Shown here: in pieces, positions 8,988 through 18,305 of the stretch | Numbering within the stretch: position 1 is the stretch's first letter | Layout of the letters: the number at the start of each line of letters is the position of its first letter | DNA from: a virus | Lineage: Duplodnaviria > Heunggongvirae > Uroviricota > Caudoviricetes | IMG/VR virus record: IMGVR_UViG_2534681675_000021 | DNA length: 34,161 nt | Strand: one strand, 5' to 3' | Made by a program: the position numbers and the translations under genes | The notes under the pieces: generated by a model | The model's input: only the letters and a program-made list of their open reading frames with translations | Database searches by the model: none | Told to the model about the DNA's origin: nothing

Positions 8988-9686
8988 ATGAAGAGATGTA
9001 AATATATTTTAAGAGGTTTGTTGCTGAAGTTTAAAAGTATAAGTTCTATGCATTTGTTATTTGTTTTAATAACGGCTTGTCTATTCTTTTTTATAGGGTG
9101 TTACGTGGGTTATAGTGGTATTGGTTTGAATGGTGACACTAAATACCAATTAATTACAATACCTTTTTTGACCATGTTGGGTACTTGGGTTTCTGGGGTG
9201 GGAGCATTTTCTGCTGTTGCGACATCATTGTTGTTGGCACACCGTTCGCTAAAGGAAAATTCAGAAGAAATTGCTATTCGATATAGCATGGTGTTAATAC
9301 CATCAATGTACTTACCTAGCACTACAGATACAGCAATATCAATAACCATAACAAACAAAAGAAAAGTAAGGAGTAATATTCAATCGGTTGTTTTGCAATT
9401 TTCTAATAATAAAGCAATGAATATATGGGTAAACCCCGGGACGCTTATCTCTGGCAAGTTACCGCATGTTTTAGAAGACTATGGTGATATATTGATGCTT
9501 ATAATTCCAGAGAGCATTACCGCATCAGTAACTGATGAGGGGTTCGTAAAAGAATGTCAGGGGAATACTCTTGGAGAAGGTAGCGTCGTAGTTCACACAA
9601 CGACAAAAACATTTGTAAAAAAATTAACATTACCTCAAGTTAAGCCATTTAATGATAAATTTAAGTCTGTATTGACGAAGCCGTAA
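8988..9686 (+). CDS. Cargo protein 2: membrane-anchored protein of unknown function (two predicted TM helices, about 150-aa soluble C-terminal domain)
   Basis: AT-rich; hydrophobic segments LLFVLITACLFFFIGCYVGY and ITIPFLTMLGTWVSGVGAFSAVATSLLLA; same strand and spacing as cargo gene 1; no recognisable catalytic motif. Confidence 0.6.
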   Translation: MKRCKYILRGLLLKFKSISSMHLLFVLITACLFFFIGCYVGYSGIGLNGDTKYQLITIPFLTMLGTWVSGVGAFSAVATSLLLAHRSLKENSEEIAIRYSMVLIPSMYLPSTTDTAISITITNKRKVRSNIQSVVLQFSNNKAMNIWVNPGTLISGKLPHVLEDYGDILMLIIPESITASVTDEGFVKECQGNTLGEGSVVVHTTTKTFVKKLTLPQVKPFNDKFKSVLTKP

Positions 9687-9811
9687 GAGGTGCGTTGCGT
9701 TGCATTTTTTTGCATCTTCAAGGATTAATTTCTGCATCTTTATTTTGCCAGTACTGATGTGCTTTTAATGGACTCATGCAACTGCATTAAAATCGACCCA
9801 TGAAGCGGGCG

Positions 9812-9830
9812 GGCGAGGCGGGGAAAGCAC
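9812..9830. other. cos site candidate (19-nt cohesive-end sequence GGCGAGGCGGGGAAAGCAC)
   Basis: Matches the P2/186 cohesive-end sequence as I recall it; lies in the GC-rich non-coding region next to portal gene Q, as in P2. Confidence 0.55.
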
Positions 9831-9972
9831 TGCGCGCTGGCGGTGGTGCTGATTTTATTTTTTCAGCGTCTCAGCGCGTCGTAATGGCGTTTAGATTGTG
9901 CGCCGGGGCGCTGGTGTGTCTGCGGGCTGTTTTGTGCGGTGGTGAGTGTGTGAGGGCGTGATGACGGGGTGT

Positions 9973-9994
9973 AAAAAAGCCGCCCGCAGGCGGC
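9973..9994 (-). terminator. Rho-independent terminator downstream of Q (minus strand)
   Basis: On the minus strand, GCCGCC-TGCG-GGCGGC followed by TTTTTT, immediately after the Q stop. Confidence 0.6.
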
Positions 9995-9999
9995 GATGT

Positions 10000-11034
10000 T
10001 CAGCCGTTGTCAGTGTCCAGTGAGTAGTTTTTAAATCGGATGACCTCCTGACCGAGCCAGCCGTTTATCTCGCGGATCCTGTCCTGTAACGGGATAAGCT
10101 CATTGCGGACAAAGACCTTTGCCACTTTTTCAATATCACCCAGCGATCCGACGTTCTCCGGCTTGCCACCCATCAACTGAAAGGGGATGCGGTGCGCGTC
10201 CAGCAGGTCAGCGGCGCTGGCTTTTTTGATATTAAAAAAATCGTCCTTCGTTGCCACTTCACTGAGCGGGATAATTTTAATGCCGTCGGCTTTTCCCTGC
10301 GGGGCATAGAGAAACAGATTTTTAAAGTTGTTGCGGCCTTTCGACTTGACCATGTTTTCGCGAAGCATTTCGATATCGTTGCGATCCTGCACGGCATCAG
10401 TGACGTACATGATGTATCCGGCATGTGCGCCGTTTTCGTAATACTTGCGGCGGAACAGCGTGGCTGACTCATTCAGCCAGGCAGAGTTAAGGGCGCTGAG
10501 ATATTCCGGCAGGCCGTACAGCTCCTGATTAATATCCGGCTCCAGCAGATGAAACACGGAGCCGGGCGCGAAAGGTGTCGGCTCGTTGAAGGACGGCACC
10601 CACCAGTAAACATCCTCCTCCACGCCACGGCGGGTATATTTTGCCGGTGAGGTTTCCAGTCTGATGACCTTACCGGTGGTGCTGTAACGCTTTTCCAGAA
10701 ACGCATTACCGAACACCAGAAAATCCAGCACAAAGCGGCTGAAATCCTGCTGGGAAAGCCACGGATGCGGGATAAATGTCGAGGCCAGAATATTGCGTTT
10801 GACGTAAATCGGGGAGCTGTGATGCACGGCAGCACGCAGGCTTTTTGCCAGACCGGTAAAGCTGACCGGTGGCTCATACCATCTGCCGTTACTGATGCAC
10901 TCGACGTAATCCAGAATGTCACGCCGGTCGAGTACCGGTACCGGCTCACCAAAGGTGAATGCCTCCATTTTCGGGGCGCTGGCGGTCATTGTTTTTGCCG
11001 CAGGTTGCGGTGTTTTCCCTTTTTTCTTGCTCAT
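10000..11034 (-). CDS. Q: Portal protein Q, 344 aa
   Basis: 344 aa; start overlaps the P stop (ATGA); position and length as P2 Q. Confidence 0.95.
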   Translation of the reverse strand: MSKKKGKTPQPAAKTMTASAPKMEAFTFGEPVPVLDRRDILDYVECISNGRWYEPPVSFTGLAKSLRAAVHHSSPIYVKRNILASTFIPHPWLSQQDFSRFVLDFLVFGNAFLEKRYSTTGKVIRLETSPAKYTRRGVEEDVYWWVPSFNEPTPFAPGSVFHLLEPDINQELYGLPEYLSALNSAWLNESATLFRRKYYENGAHAGYIMYVTDAVQDRNDIEMLRENMVKSKGRNNFKNLFLYAPQGKADGIKIIPLSEVATKDDFFNIKKASAADLLDAHRIPFQLMGGKPENVGSLGDIEKVAKVFVRNELIPLQDRIREINGWLGQEVIRFKNYSLDTDNG

Positions 11035-12806
11035 CAGTAAAACTCCAGAATGGTGGATGTCAGCGGGGTGCTGATACCGGCGGTGAGTGGCTCATTTAAC
11101 AGGGCATGCATGGTCGCCCAGGCGAGGTCGGCGTGGCTGGCTTCCTCGCTGCGGCTGGCCTCATAGGTGGCGCTGCGTCCGCTGCTGGTCATGGTCTTGC
11201 GGATAGCCATAAACGAGCTGGTGATGTCGGTGGCGCTGACGTCATATTCCAGACAGCCACGGCGGATAACGTCTTTTGCCTTGAGCACCATTGCGGTTTT
11301 CATTTCCGGCGTGTAGCGGATATCGCGCGCGGCGGGATAGAACGAGCGCACGAGCTGGAACACGCCGACACCGAGGCCGGTGGCATCAATTCCGATGTAT
11401 TCGACGTTGTATTTTTCGGTGAGTTTGCGGATGGATTCAGCCTGGGTGGCAAAGTCCATGCCTTTCCACTGGTGACGCTCAAGTATTCTGAATTTGCCAC
11501 CGGCCACCACCGGCGGTGCCAGCACCACGCATCCGGCGCTGTCGCCACGGTGTGACGGGTCGTAACCAATCCATACCGGGCGGGAGCCGAACGGATTGGC
11601 GGCAAAGGGTGCATAGTCTTCCCATTCTTCCAGCGTGTCGACCATGCAGCGTTGCAGCTCCTCGAACGGGAACACCGATGCCTTGTCGTCAACAAATTCA
11701 CACATGAACAGGTTTTTAAAATCGTCGGCGCTGTTTTCACGTTTGAGCTGCTCAATGTCGAACAGTGTGCAGCCACCTTTCAGGGCGTCCTCAATGGTGA
11801 CAATCTGCCGCCACTGGCCGTCCGCACAGAGAAGACCTCCAGCAAGGGCGTTATGACTGACGTCGATTTCCACGCGTTCGGCGGCGCTGGCGCGTCCCCG
11901 GTTGAACAGTTCACCCGACCAGAACGGGTAGGCGTCATGCGCCAGCGTGGACGGGGTGGAGAAATAGGTCGAGCGCAGGTGACTCTGTGAGGCCATACCT
12001 GATGCCACCTTACGCAGTACCTGAAAATTCGGGATCCAGAAAATCTCATCGACGTACAGGTCGCCGTTATGACTCTGCGCGGTGTTGGAGTTGGTGCCGA
12101 GAAAAATCAGTTTTGCGCCGTTATTGCCCAGGACAATCGGGTCACCGGTCAGGTCAACGTCAACCAGCCGGGCAAAGGCGATGATGTATTCACGGAACAC
12201 ATACGCCTGCGTTTTACTGGCCGACAGAAAAATCTGGTTATGACCGGTTTTCAGGGCGCGCAGCAGCGCCTCGCGGGAAAAATAAAACGTCGCGCCAATC
12301 TGGCGGGATTTCAGGATATCGCGGATGCGGTGCTCAAGCCCGGCGCGATACCAGTGCAACTGATATTCGAAAGACTGCTCAAAGAAAATCTGCTCCAGCT
12401 TTTCGATGGCCTCGTCACTGAAAAAATTCTTTTTCGGTTTGCGACGCCCGCCTTTGTTGCGGTTAGCGACGTTCGGATTAAGGTCTGCCTCGTTGCCGGT
12501 CTGACTGTAACGGTTGATCCGTGCCAGTCGTTCAATCTGGCGTCCGAGCAGGTCAATTTCCTTGAAGTCACCGCCGGTTTTCTGTGGTTTGATGATGAGC
12601 TGGGTCAGCCGCGCTTCCAGACTCATTTCGACACGGCTGATGGGGGCAACGCTGTCCCAGCCGTCGCGCTGTTTCCAGCTCTGCACCGTCGGGCGTTTCA
12701 TCTGCAACATGGCGGCAATCTGCGGCACGGAAAATCCCTGCCAGTACAGCAGCGCCGCCTGACGACGCGGGTCGTGTAAAAGAGTGGTGTCTGTGGTGAT
12801 GGTCAT
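11034..12806 (-). CDS. P: Terminase large subunit P, 590 aa
   Basis: 590 aa from the ATG with GAGG Shine-Dalgarno (MTITTDTT...); divergent from O; length as P2 P. Confidence 0.95.
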   Translation of the reverse strand: MTITTDTTLLHDPRRQAALLYWQGFSVPQIAAMLQMKRPTVQSWKQRDGWDSVAPISRVEMSLEARLTQLIIKPQKTGGDFKEIDLLGRQIERLARINRYSQTGNEADLNPNVANRNKGGRRKPKKNFFSDEAIEKLEQIFFEQSFEYQLHWYRAGLEHRIRDILKSRQIGATFYFSREALLRALKTGHNQIFLSASKTQAYVFREYIIAFARLVDVDLTGDPIVLGNNGAKLIFLGTNSNTAQSHNGDLYVDEIFWIPNFQVLRKVASGMASQSHLRSTYFSTPSTLAHDAYPFWSGELFNRGRASAAERVEIDVSHNALAGGLLCADGQWRQIVTIEDALKGGCTLFDIEQLKRENSADDFKNLFMCEFVDDKASVFPFEELQRCMVDTLEEWEDYAPFAANPFGSRPVWIGYDPSHRGDSAGCVVLAPPVVAGGKFRILERHQWKGMDFATQAESIRKLTEKYNVEYIGIDATGLGVGVFQLVRSFYPAARDIRYTPEMKTAMVLKAKDVIRRGCLEYDVSATDITSSFMAIRKTMTSSGRSATYEASRSEEASHADLAWATMHALLNEPLTAGISTPLTSTILEFY

Positions 12807-12979
12807 GAATACCTCGCCGTGATGAATACACGGCAAGGCTACTGAGTCGCGCCCCGCGATTCGCTAAGGTGCTGTTGTGTCAGTGATAAGCCATCCGGGA
12901 CTGATGGCGGAGGATGCGCATCGTCGGGAAACTGATGCCGACATGTGACTCCTCTAATCACTATTCAGGACTCCTGACA

Positions 12980-13834
12980 ATGGCAAAAAAAGCATCAAAA
13001 TTCTTTCGTATCGGCGTTGAGGGTGACACCTGTGACGGGCGTGTCATCAGTGCGCAGGATATTCAGGAAATGGCCGAAACCTTTGACCCGCGAGTCTATG
13101 GTTGCCGCATTAACCTGGAACATCTGCGCGGCATCCTGCCTGACGGTATTTTTAAGCGTTATGGCGATGTGGTCGAACTGAAGGCCGAAAAGATTGACGA
13201 TGATTCGGCGCTGAAAGGCAAATGGGCGCTGTTTGCGAAAATCACCCCGACCGATGACCTTATCGCGATGAACAAGGCCGCGCAGAAGGTCTACACCTCA
13301 ATGGAAATTCAGCCGAACTTTGCCAACACCGGCAAATGTTATCTGGTGGGGCTGGCCGTCACCGATGACCCGGCAAGCCTCGGCACGGAATACCTGGAAT
13401 TCTGCCGCACGGCAAAACACAACCCTTTGAACCGCTTCAAATTAAGCCCTGAAAACCTGATTTCAGTGGCAACGCCCGTTGAGCTGGAATTTGAAGACCT
13501 GCCTGAAACCGTGTTCACCGCCCTGACCGAAAAGGTGAAATCCATTTTTGGCCGCAAACAGGCCAGCGATGACGCCCGTCTGAATGACGTGCATGAAGCG
13601 GTGACCGCTGTTGCTGAACATGTGCAGGAAAAACTGAGCGCCACTGAGCAGCGCCTCGCTGAGATGGAAACCGCCTTTTCTGCACTTAAGCAGGAGGTGA
13701 CTGACAGGGCGGATGAAACCAGCCAGGCATTCACCCGCCTGAAAAACAGTCTCGACCACACCGAAAGTCTGACCCAGCAGCGCCGCAGCAAGGCCACCGG
13801 TGGTGGCGGTGACGCCCTGATGACGAACTGCTGA
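12980..13834 (+). CDS. O: Capsid scaffold protein O, 284 aa
   Basis: 284 aa from MAKKASKFFRIG; first gene of the rightward late operon. Confidence 0.9.
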   Translation: MAKKASKFFRIGVEGDTCDGRVISAQDIQEMAETFDPRVYGCRINLEHLRGILPDGIFKRYGDVVELKAEKIDDDSALKGKWALFAKITPTDDLIAMNKAAQKVYTSMEIQPNFANTGKCYLVGLAVTDDPASLGTEYLEFCRTAKHNPLNRFKLSPENLISVATPVELEFEDLPETVFTALTEKVKSIFGRKQASDDARLNDVHEAVTAVAEHVQEKLSATEQRLAEMETAFSALKQEVTDRADETSQAFTRLKNSLDHTESLTQQRRSKATGGGGDALMTNC

Positions 13835-13892
13835 CCGGCGTCAGTCAGTCCGGGAAAACCTTCACGATTAACCATTAATTTCAGGAAAAACT

Positions 13893-14966
13893 ATGCGCCA
13901 GGAAACCCGCTTTAAATTTAATGCCTACCTGTCCCGTGTTGCCGAACTGAACGGCATCGACGCCGGTGATGTGTCGAAAAAATTCACCGTTGAACCGTCG
14001 GTCACCCAGACCCTGATGAACACCATGCAGGAGTCCTCTGATTTTCTGACCCGTATCAACATTGTGCCGGTCAGCGAAATGAAAGGGGAAAAAATTGGTA
14101 TCGGTGTCACCGGCTCAATCGCCAGCACCACCGACACTGCCGGTGGCACCGAGCGTCAGCCGAAGGACTTCTCGAAGCTGGCGTCAAACAAGTACGAATG
14201 CGACCAGATTAACTTCGATTTTTATATCCGCTACAAAACGCTTGACCTGTGGGCGCGTTATCAGGATTTCCAGCTCCGTATCCGTAACGCCATTATCAAA
14301 CGCCAGTCCCTTGATTTCATCATGGCCGGTTTTAACGGTGTGAAGCGTGCCGAAACCTCTGACCGCAACAGTAATCCGATGCTGCAGGATGTGGCGGTCG
14401 GCTGGCTGCAGAAATACCGCAATGAAGCCCCGGCGCGCGTGATGAGCAAGGTCACTGACGAGGAAGGGCACACCACCTCTGAGGTTATCCGCGTGGGTAA
14501 GGGCGGTGATTATGTAAGCCTCGACGCACTGGTGATGGATGCGACCAACAACCTGATTGAACCGTGGTATCAGGAAGACCCTGACCTCGTGGTGATTGTG
14601 GGGCGTCAGCTACTGGCGGACAAGTATTTCCCCATCGTTAACAAGGAGCAGGACAACAGCGAAATGCTGGCCGCTGACGTCATCATCAGCCAGAAACGCA
14701 TCGGTAACCTGCCAGCGGTACGCGTCCCGTACTTCCCGGCGGATGCGATGCTCATCACGAAGCTGGAAAACCTGTCCATCTACTACATGGATGACAGCCA
14801 TCGCCGCGTGATTGTGGAAAACCCGAAACTCGACCGCGTGGAGAACTACGAGTCAATGAACATTGATTACGTGGTGGAAGACTACGCCGCCGGTTGTCTG
14901 GTGGAAAAAATCAAGGTCGGTGATTTCTCCACACCGGCTAAGGCGACCGCAGAGCCGGGAGCGTAA
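13893..14966 (+). CDS. N: Major capsid protein N, 357 aa
   Basis: 357 aa; position and length as P2 N. Confidence 0.95.
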   Translation: MRQETRFKFNAYLSRVAELNGIDAGDVSKKFTVEPSVTQTLMNTMQESSDFLTRINIVPVSEMKGEKIGIGVTGSIASTTDTAGGTERQPKDFSKLASNKYECDQINFDFYIRYKTLDLWARYQDFQLRIRNAIIKRQSLDFIMAGFNGVKRAETSDRNSNPMLQDVAVGWLQKYRNEAPARVMSKVTDEEGHTTSEVIRVGKGGDYVSLDALVMDATNNLIEPWYQEDPDLVVIVGRQLLADKYFPIVNKEQDNSEMLAADVIISQKRIGNLPAVRVPYFPADAMLITKLENLSIYYMDDSHRRVIVENPKLDRVENYESMNIDYVVEDYAAGCLVEKIKVGDFSTPAKATAEPGA

Positions 14967-14969
14967 CCG

Positions 14970-15713
14970 ATGACGAGTCCCGCACAGCGCCACATGATGC
15001 GGGTCTCGGCAGCGATGACCGCGCAGCGGGAAGCCGCCCCGCTGCGACATGCAACTGTCTATGAGCAGATGCTGGTCAAGCTGGCCGCAGACCAGCGCAC
15101 ACTGAAAGCGATTTATTCAAAAGAGCTTAAGGCCGCGAAAAAGCGCGAACTGCTGCCGTTCTGGTTGCCGTGGGTGAACGGTGTGCTGGAGCAGGGCAAA
15201 GGTGCACAGGATGACATTCTGATGACGGTCATGCTGTGGCGTCTGGATACCGGCGATATTGCCGGTGCGCTGGAGATTGCCCGTTATGCCCTGAAGTACG
15301 GTCTGACCATGCCGGGTAAACACCGCCGCACCCCGCCGTACATGTTCACCGAGGAGGTCGCACTCGCGGCCATGCGCGCTCACGCTGCCGGTGAATCTGT
15401 GGATATCCGCCTGCTGACGGAGACCCTTGAACTGACCGCCACGGCTGACATGCCTGATGAAGTGCGCGCAAAGCTGCACAAAATCACCGGTCTGTTTCTG
15501 CGTGACGCTGGTGATGCCGCCGGTGCGCTGGCTCACCTGCAACGTGCGACACAGCTCGACTGTCAGGCAGGCGTCAAAAAAGAGATTGAACGACTGGAGC
15601 GGGAGCTGAAACCGAAGCCGGAGCCGCAGCCAAAAGCGGTCACCCGCGCCCCGCGTAAGACCCGGAGCGTGACACCGGCAAAACGTGGACGCCCGAAAAA
15701 GAAAGCCAGTTAA
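14970..15713 (+). CDS. M: Terminase small subunit M, 247 aa
   Basis: 247 aa; basic C-terminal tail (KRGRPKKK); position as P2 M. Confidence 0.9.
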   Translation: MTSPAQRHMMRVSAAMTAQREAAPLRHATVYEQMLVKLAADQRTLKAIYSKELKAAKKRELLPFWLPWVNGVLEQGKGAQDDILMTVMLWRLDTGDIAGALEIARYALKYGLTMPGKHRRTPPYMFTEEVALAAMRAHAAGESVDIRLLTETLELTATADMPDEVRAKLHKITGLFLRDAGDAAGALAHLQRATQLDCQAGVKKEIERLERELKPKPEPQPKAVTRAPRKTRSVTPAKRGRPKKKAS

Positions 15714-15812
15714 CAACCGAATGCGCCCCGCGCCAGGGCGGCACGCCGGTCAGTGAGGGTGAATCACCTGACACTGCACCGGCGTCCACCGCCCGACTTT
15801 TCAGAGGTAGTC

Positions 15813-16322
15813 ATGATGACGCTGATTATTCCGCGAAAGGAGGCTCCCGTGTCCGGTGAGGGTACGGTGGTCATCCCGCAACCGGCAGGCGACGAGCCGG
15901 TGATTAAAAACACGTTCTTTTTTCCCGATATCGACCCGAAGCGCGTCCGGGAACGTATGCGCCTTGAGCAGACCGTCGCCCCCGCCCGTCTGCGTGAGGC
16001 CATCAAGTCAGGCATGGCGGAGACGAATGCGGAGCTGTACGAGTACCGCGAACAGAAAATTGCCGCCGGTTTTACGCGTCTGGCGGACGTTCCGGCGGAC
16101 GACATCGACGGTGAAAGCATCAAAGTTTTTTACTACGAGCGCGCCGTGTGTGCGATGGCGACCGCGTCGCTTTATGAGCGTTATCGCGGCGTGGATGCCA
16201 GTGCGAAAGGCGACAAGAAGGCCGACAGCATTGACAGCACCATTGATGAACTGTGGCGGGATATGCGCTGGGCGGTGGCGCGTATCCAGGACAAGTCGCG
16301 CTGCATCGTGAGTCAAATCTGA
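15813..16322 (+). CDS. L: Head completion protein L, 169 aa
   Basis: 169 aa from MMTLIIPRK; length and position as P2 L. Confidence 0.85.
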   Translation: MMTLIIPRKEAPVSGEGTVVIPQPAGDEPVIKNTFFFPDIDPKRVRERMRLEQTVAPARLREAIKSGMAETNAELYEYREQKIAAGFTRLADVPADDIDGESIKVFYYERAVCAMATASLYERYRGVDASAKGDKKADSIDSTIDELWRDMRWAVARIQDKSRCIVSQI

Positions 16323-16525
16323 TGAAGACCTTTGCGCTACAGGGCGACACGCTCGACGCCATTTGTGTCCGGTATTACGGGCGCACTGAGGGCGTGGTCG
16401 AGACCGTGCTCGCCGCAAATCCGGGACTGGCTGAACTGGGCGCGGTGCTGCCACACGGCACCGCCGTCGAACTGCCCGACGTTCAGACCGCGCCCGTGGC
16501 TGAAACTGTCAATCTGTGGGAGTAA
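16322..16525 (+). CDS. X: Tail protein X, 67 aa
   Basis: 67 aa from MKTFALQGDTLD; ATG overlaps the L stop. Confidence 0.8.
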   Translation: MKTFALQGDTLDAICVRYYGRTEGVVETVLAANPGLAELGAVLPHGTAVELPDVQTAPVAETVNLWE

Positions 16526-16528
16526 CGC

Positions 16529-16810
16529 ATGACAGCAGAAGAAAAAAGCGTCCTGTCGCTTTTCATGATTGGGGTGCTGATTGTTGTCGGCAAGGTGCTT
16601 GCCGGTGGTGAACCCATCACCCCGCGTCTGTTTATCGGGCGCATGTTGCTCGGTGGTTTTGTCTCGATGGTTGCCGGTGTTGTTCTGGTGCAGTTTCCTG
16701 ACCTGTCACTGCCTGCGGTGTGCGGCATCGGCTCCATGCTGGGCATCGCCGGTTATCAGGTGATTGAGATTGCCATTCAGCGCCGTTTTAAGGGCAGGGG
16801 GAAACCGTAA
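16529..16810 (+). CDS. Y: Holin Y, 93 aa
   Basis: 93 aa with hydrophobic TM segments; immediately upstream of the endolysin. Confidence 0.85.
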   Translation: MTAEEKSVLSLFMIGVLIVVGKVLAGGEPITPRLFIGRMLLGGFVSMVAGVVLVQFPDLSLPAVCGIGSMLGIAGYQVIEIAIQRRFKGRGKP

Positions 16811-17307
16811 TGCCGGTAATTAACACGCATCAGAATATCGCCGCCTTTCTCGACATGCTGGCCGTGTCCGAAGGGACGGCGAATCATCCGCTGACGAAAA
16901 ACCGGGGCTATGACGTGATAGTCACCGGACTGGACGGAAAGCCGGAAATTTTCACCGACTACAGTGACCACCCGTTCGCACATGGTCGACCGGCGAAGGT
17001 GTTTAACCGTCGCGGTGAAAAATCCACGGCCTCCGGTCGCTATCAGCAGCTTTACCTGTTCTGGCCGCATTACCGCAAACAGCTTGCCCTGCCGGATTTC
17101 AGTCCGTTGTCACAGGACAGACTCGCCATTCAGTTGATCCGCGAACGCGGTGCACTGGATGACATCCGGGCGGGACGCATTGAGCGCGCCATTTCACGCT
17201 GTCGCAATATCTGGGCGTCCCTGCCGGGTGCCGGTTACGGTCAGCGTGAGCATTCACTGGAAAAACTGGTCACCGTCTGGCGTACCGCTGGCGGCGTACC
17301 GGCTTAA
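16810..17307 (+). CDS. K: Endolysin K (lysozyme), 165 aa
   Basis: 165 aa; position and length as P2 K. Confidence 0.9.
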   Translation: MPVINTHQNIAAFLDMLAVSEGTANHPLTKNRGYDVIVTGLDGKPEIFTDYSDHPFAHGRPAKVFNRRGEKSTASGRYQQLYLFWPHYRKQLALPDFSPLSQDRLAIQLIRERGALDDIRAGRIERAISRCRNIWASLPGAGYGQREHSLEKLVTVWRTAGGVPA

Positions 17308-17321
17308 ACGGAATAAACACC

Positions 17322-17747
17322 ATGAAGAAATTATCTCTTTCACTGATGCTGAACGTGTCGCTGGCGCTGATGCTGGCACTGTCCCTGATTTACCCGCAGA
17401 GCGTGGCCGTCAGTTTTGTCGCCACTTGGGCGATTCTGGCGACGGTTATCTGTGTGGTTGCCGGTGGTGTCGGCGTGTATGCCACAGAGTATGTACTGGA
17501 ACGCTACGGGCGGGAGCTGCCGCCGGAATCGCTGGCCGTGAAGATTGTCACGTCGCTGTTTTTGCAGCCGGTGCCGTGGCGCAGACGGGCGGCGGCTCTG
17601 GTAGTGATGGTGGCGACGTTTATCTCGCTGGTCGCTGCCGGGTGGATTTTTACCGCGCTGATTTATCTCGTGGTATCGGTGTTCTTCCGGTTGATACGTA
17701 CGGCCCGCCGTCAGCGTTTTGAGGGGCGGGAACCATGTCAAAGCTGA
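17322..17747 (+). CDS. lysA: LysA (lysis timing protein, membrane), 141 aa
   Basis: 141 aa, multiple hydrophobic helices; position as P2 lysA. Confidence 0.75.
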   Translation: MKKLSLSLMLNVSLALMLALSLIYPQSVAVSFVATWAILATVICVVAGGVGVYATEYVLERYGRELPPESLAVKIVTSLFLQPVPWRRRAAALVVMVATFISLVAAGWIFTALIYLVVSVFFRLIRTARRQRFEGREPCQS

Positions 17748-18160
17748 TGACTGTGCTGGTTGTGTTGTTATCACTGGCGGTGGCCGGTCTGTTTCTGGTG
17801 AAACATAAAAATGCCAGCCTGCGCGCCTCGCTGGACAGGGCGAACAACGTCGCCAGCGGGCAGCAGGCGACCATCACCATGCTGAAAAATCAGCTTCATG
17901 TTGCCATCACCAGGGCAGACAAAAACGAGCTGGCGCAGGTTGCCCTGCGTCAGGAACTGGAAAACGCCGCGAAGCGTGAAGCACAGCGCGAGAAAACCAT
18001 CACGAGGTTACTCAATGAAAACGAAGATTTTCGCCGCTGGTACGGTGCTGACCTGCCTGATGCTGTGCGCCGGTTGCACCAGCGTCCGGCCTGCACCGAC
18101 GCCAGTGATTGTCGCCAACGCCTGCCCGAAAGTGAGTCTTTGCCCGATGCCGGGCAGTGA
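17735..18160 (+). CDS. lysB: LysB (Rz-like inner-membrane spanin component), 141 aa
   Basis: N-terminal TM segment followed by coiled-coil-like sequence; 141 aa as P2 LysB. Confidence 0.8.
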   Translation: MSKLMTVLVVLLSLAVAGLFLVKHKNASLRASLDRANNVASGQQATITMLKNQLHVAITRADKNELAQVALRQELENAAKREAQREKTITRLLNENEDFRRWYGADLPDAVRRLHQRPACTDASDCRQRLPESESLPDAGQ

Positions 18161-18305
18161 CCCGCAGACGAACGGCGATTTAAGTGCTGATATCAGGCAG
18201 CTTGAGAACGCGCTGGCACGCTGTGCCAGCCAGGTAAAAATGATTAAACACTGTCAGGACGAAAACGATGCTCAAACCCGACAGCCTGCGCAGGGCGCTG
18301 ACTGA
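18015..18305 (+). CDS. lysC: LysC (Rz1-like outer-membrane lipoprotein spanin), 96 aa, embedded out of frame in lysB
   Basis: Lipoprotein signal MKTKIFAAGTVLTCLMLCAGC with lipobox Cys, proline-rich; begins inside lysB in another frame and extends past its stop. Confidence 0.75.
   Translation: MKTKIFAAGTVLTCLMLCAGCTSVRPAPTPVIVANACPKVSLCPMPGSDPQTNGDLSADIRQLENALARCASQVKMIKHCQDENDAQTRQPAQGAD

Noticed and set aside
11106-12779. Several long plus-strand ORFs (for example 11106-11555, 12069-12779) opposite the terminase gene P
   Set aside because: They lie antisense to a well-supported 590-aa gene in GC-rich DNA where spurious open frames are common; no ribosome-binding sites or motifs.
15117-16454. 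Minus-strand ORFs (15117-15716, 15764-16123, 16008-16454) across M, L and X
   Set aside because: Antisense to the capsid/terminase late operon; Arg-rich artefactual frames.
17150-17722. 190-aa ORF overlapping K and lysA in another frame
   Set aside because: Cys/Arg/Gly-rich translation typical of an alternative-frame artefact; K and lysA fully account for the region.
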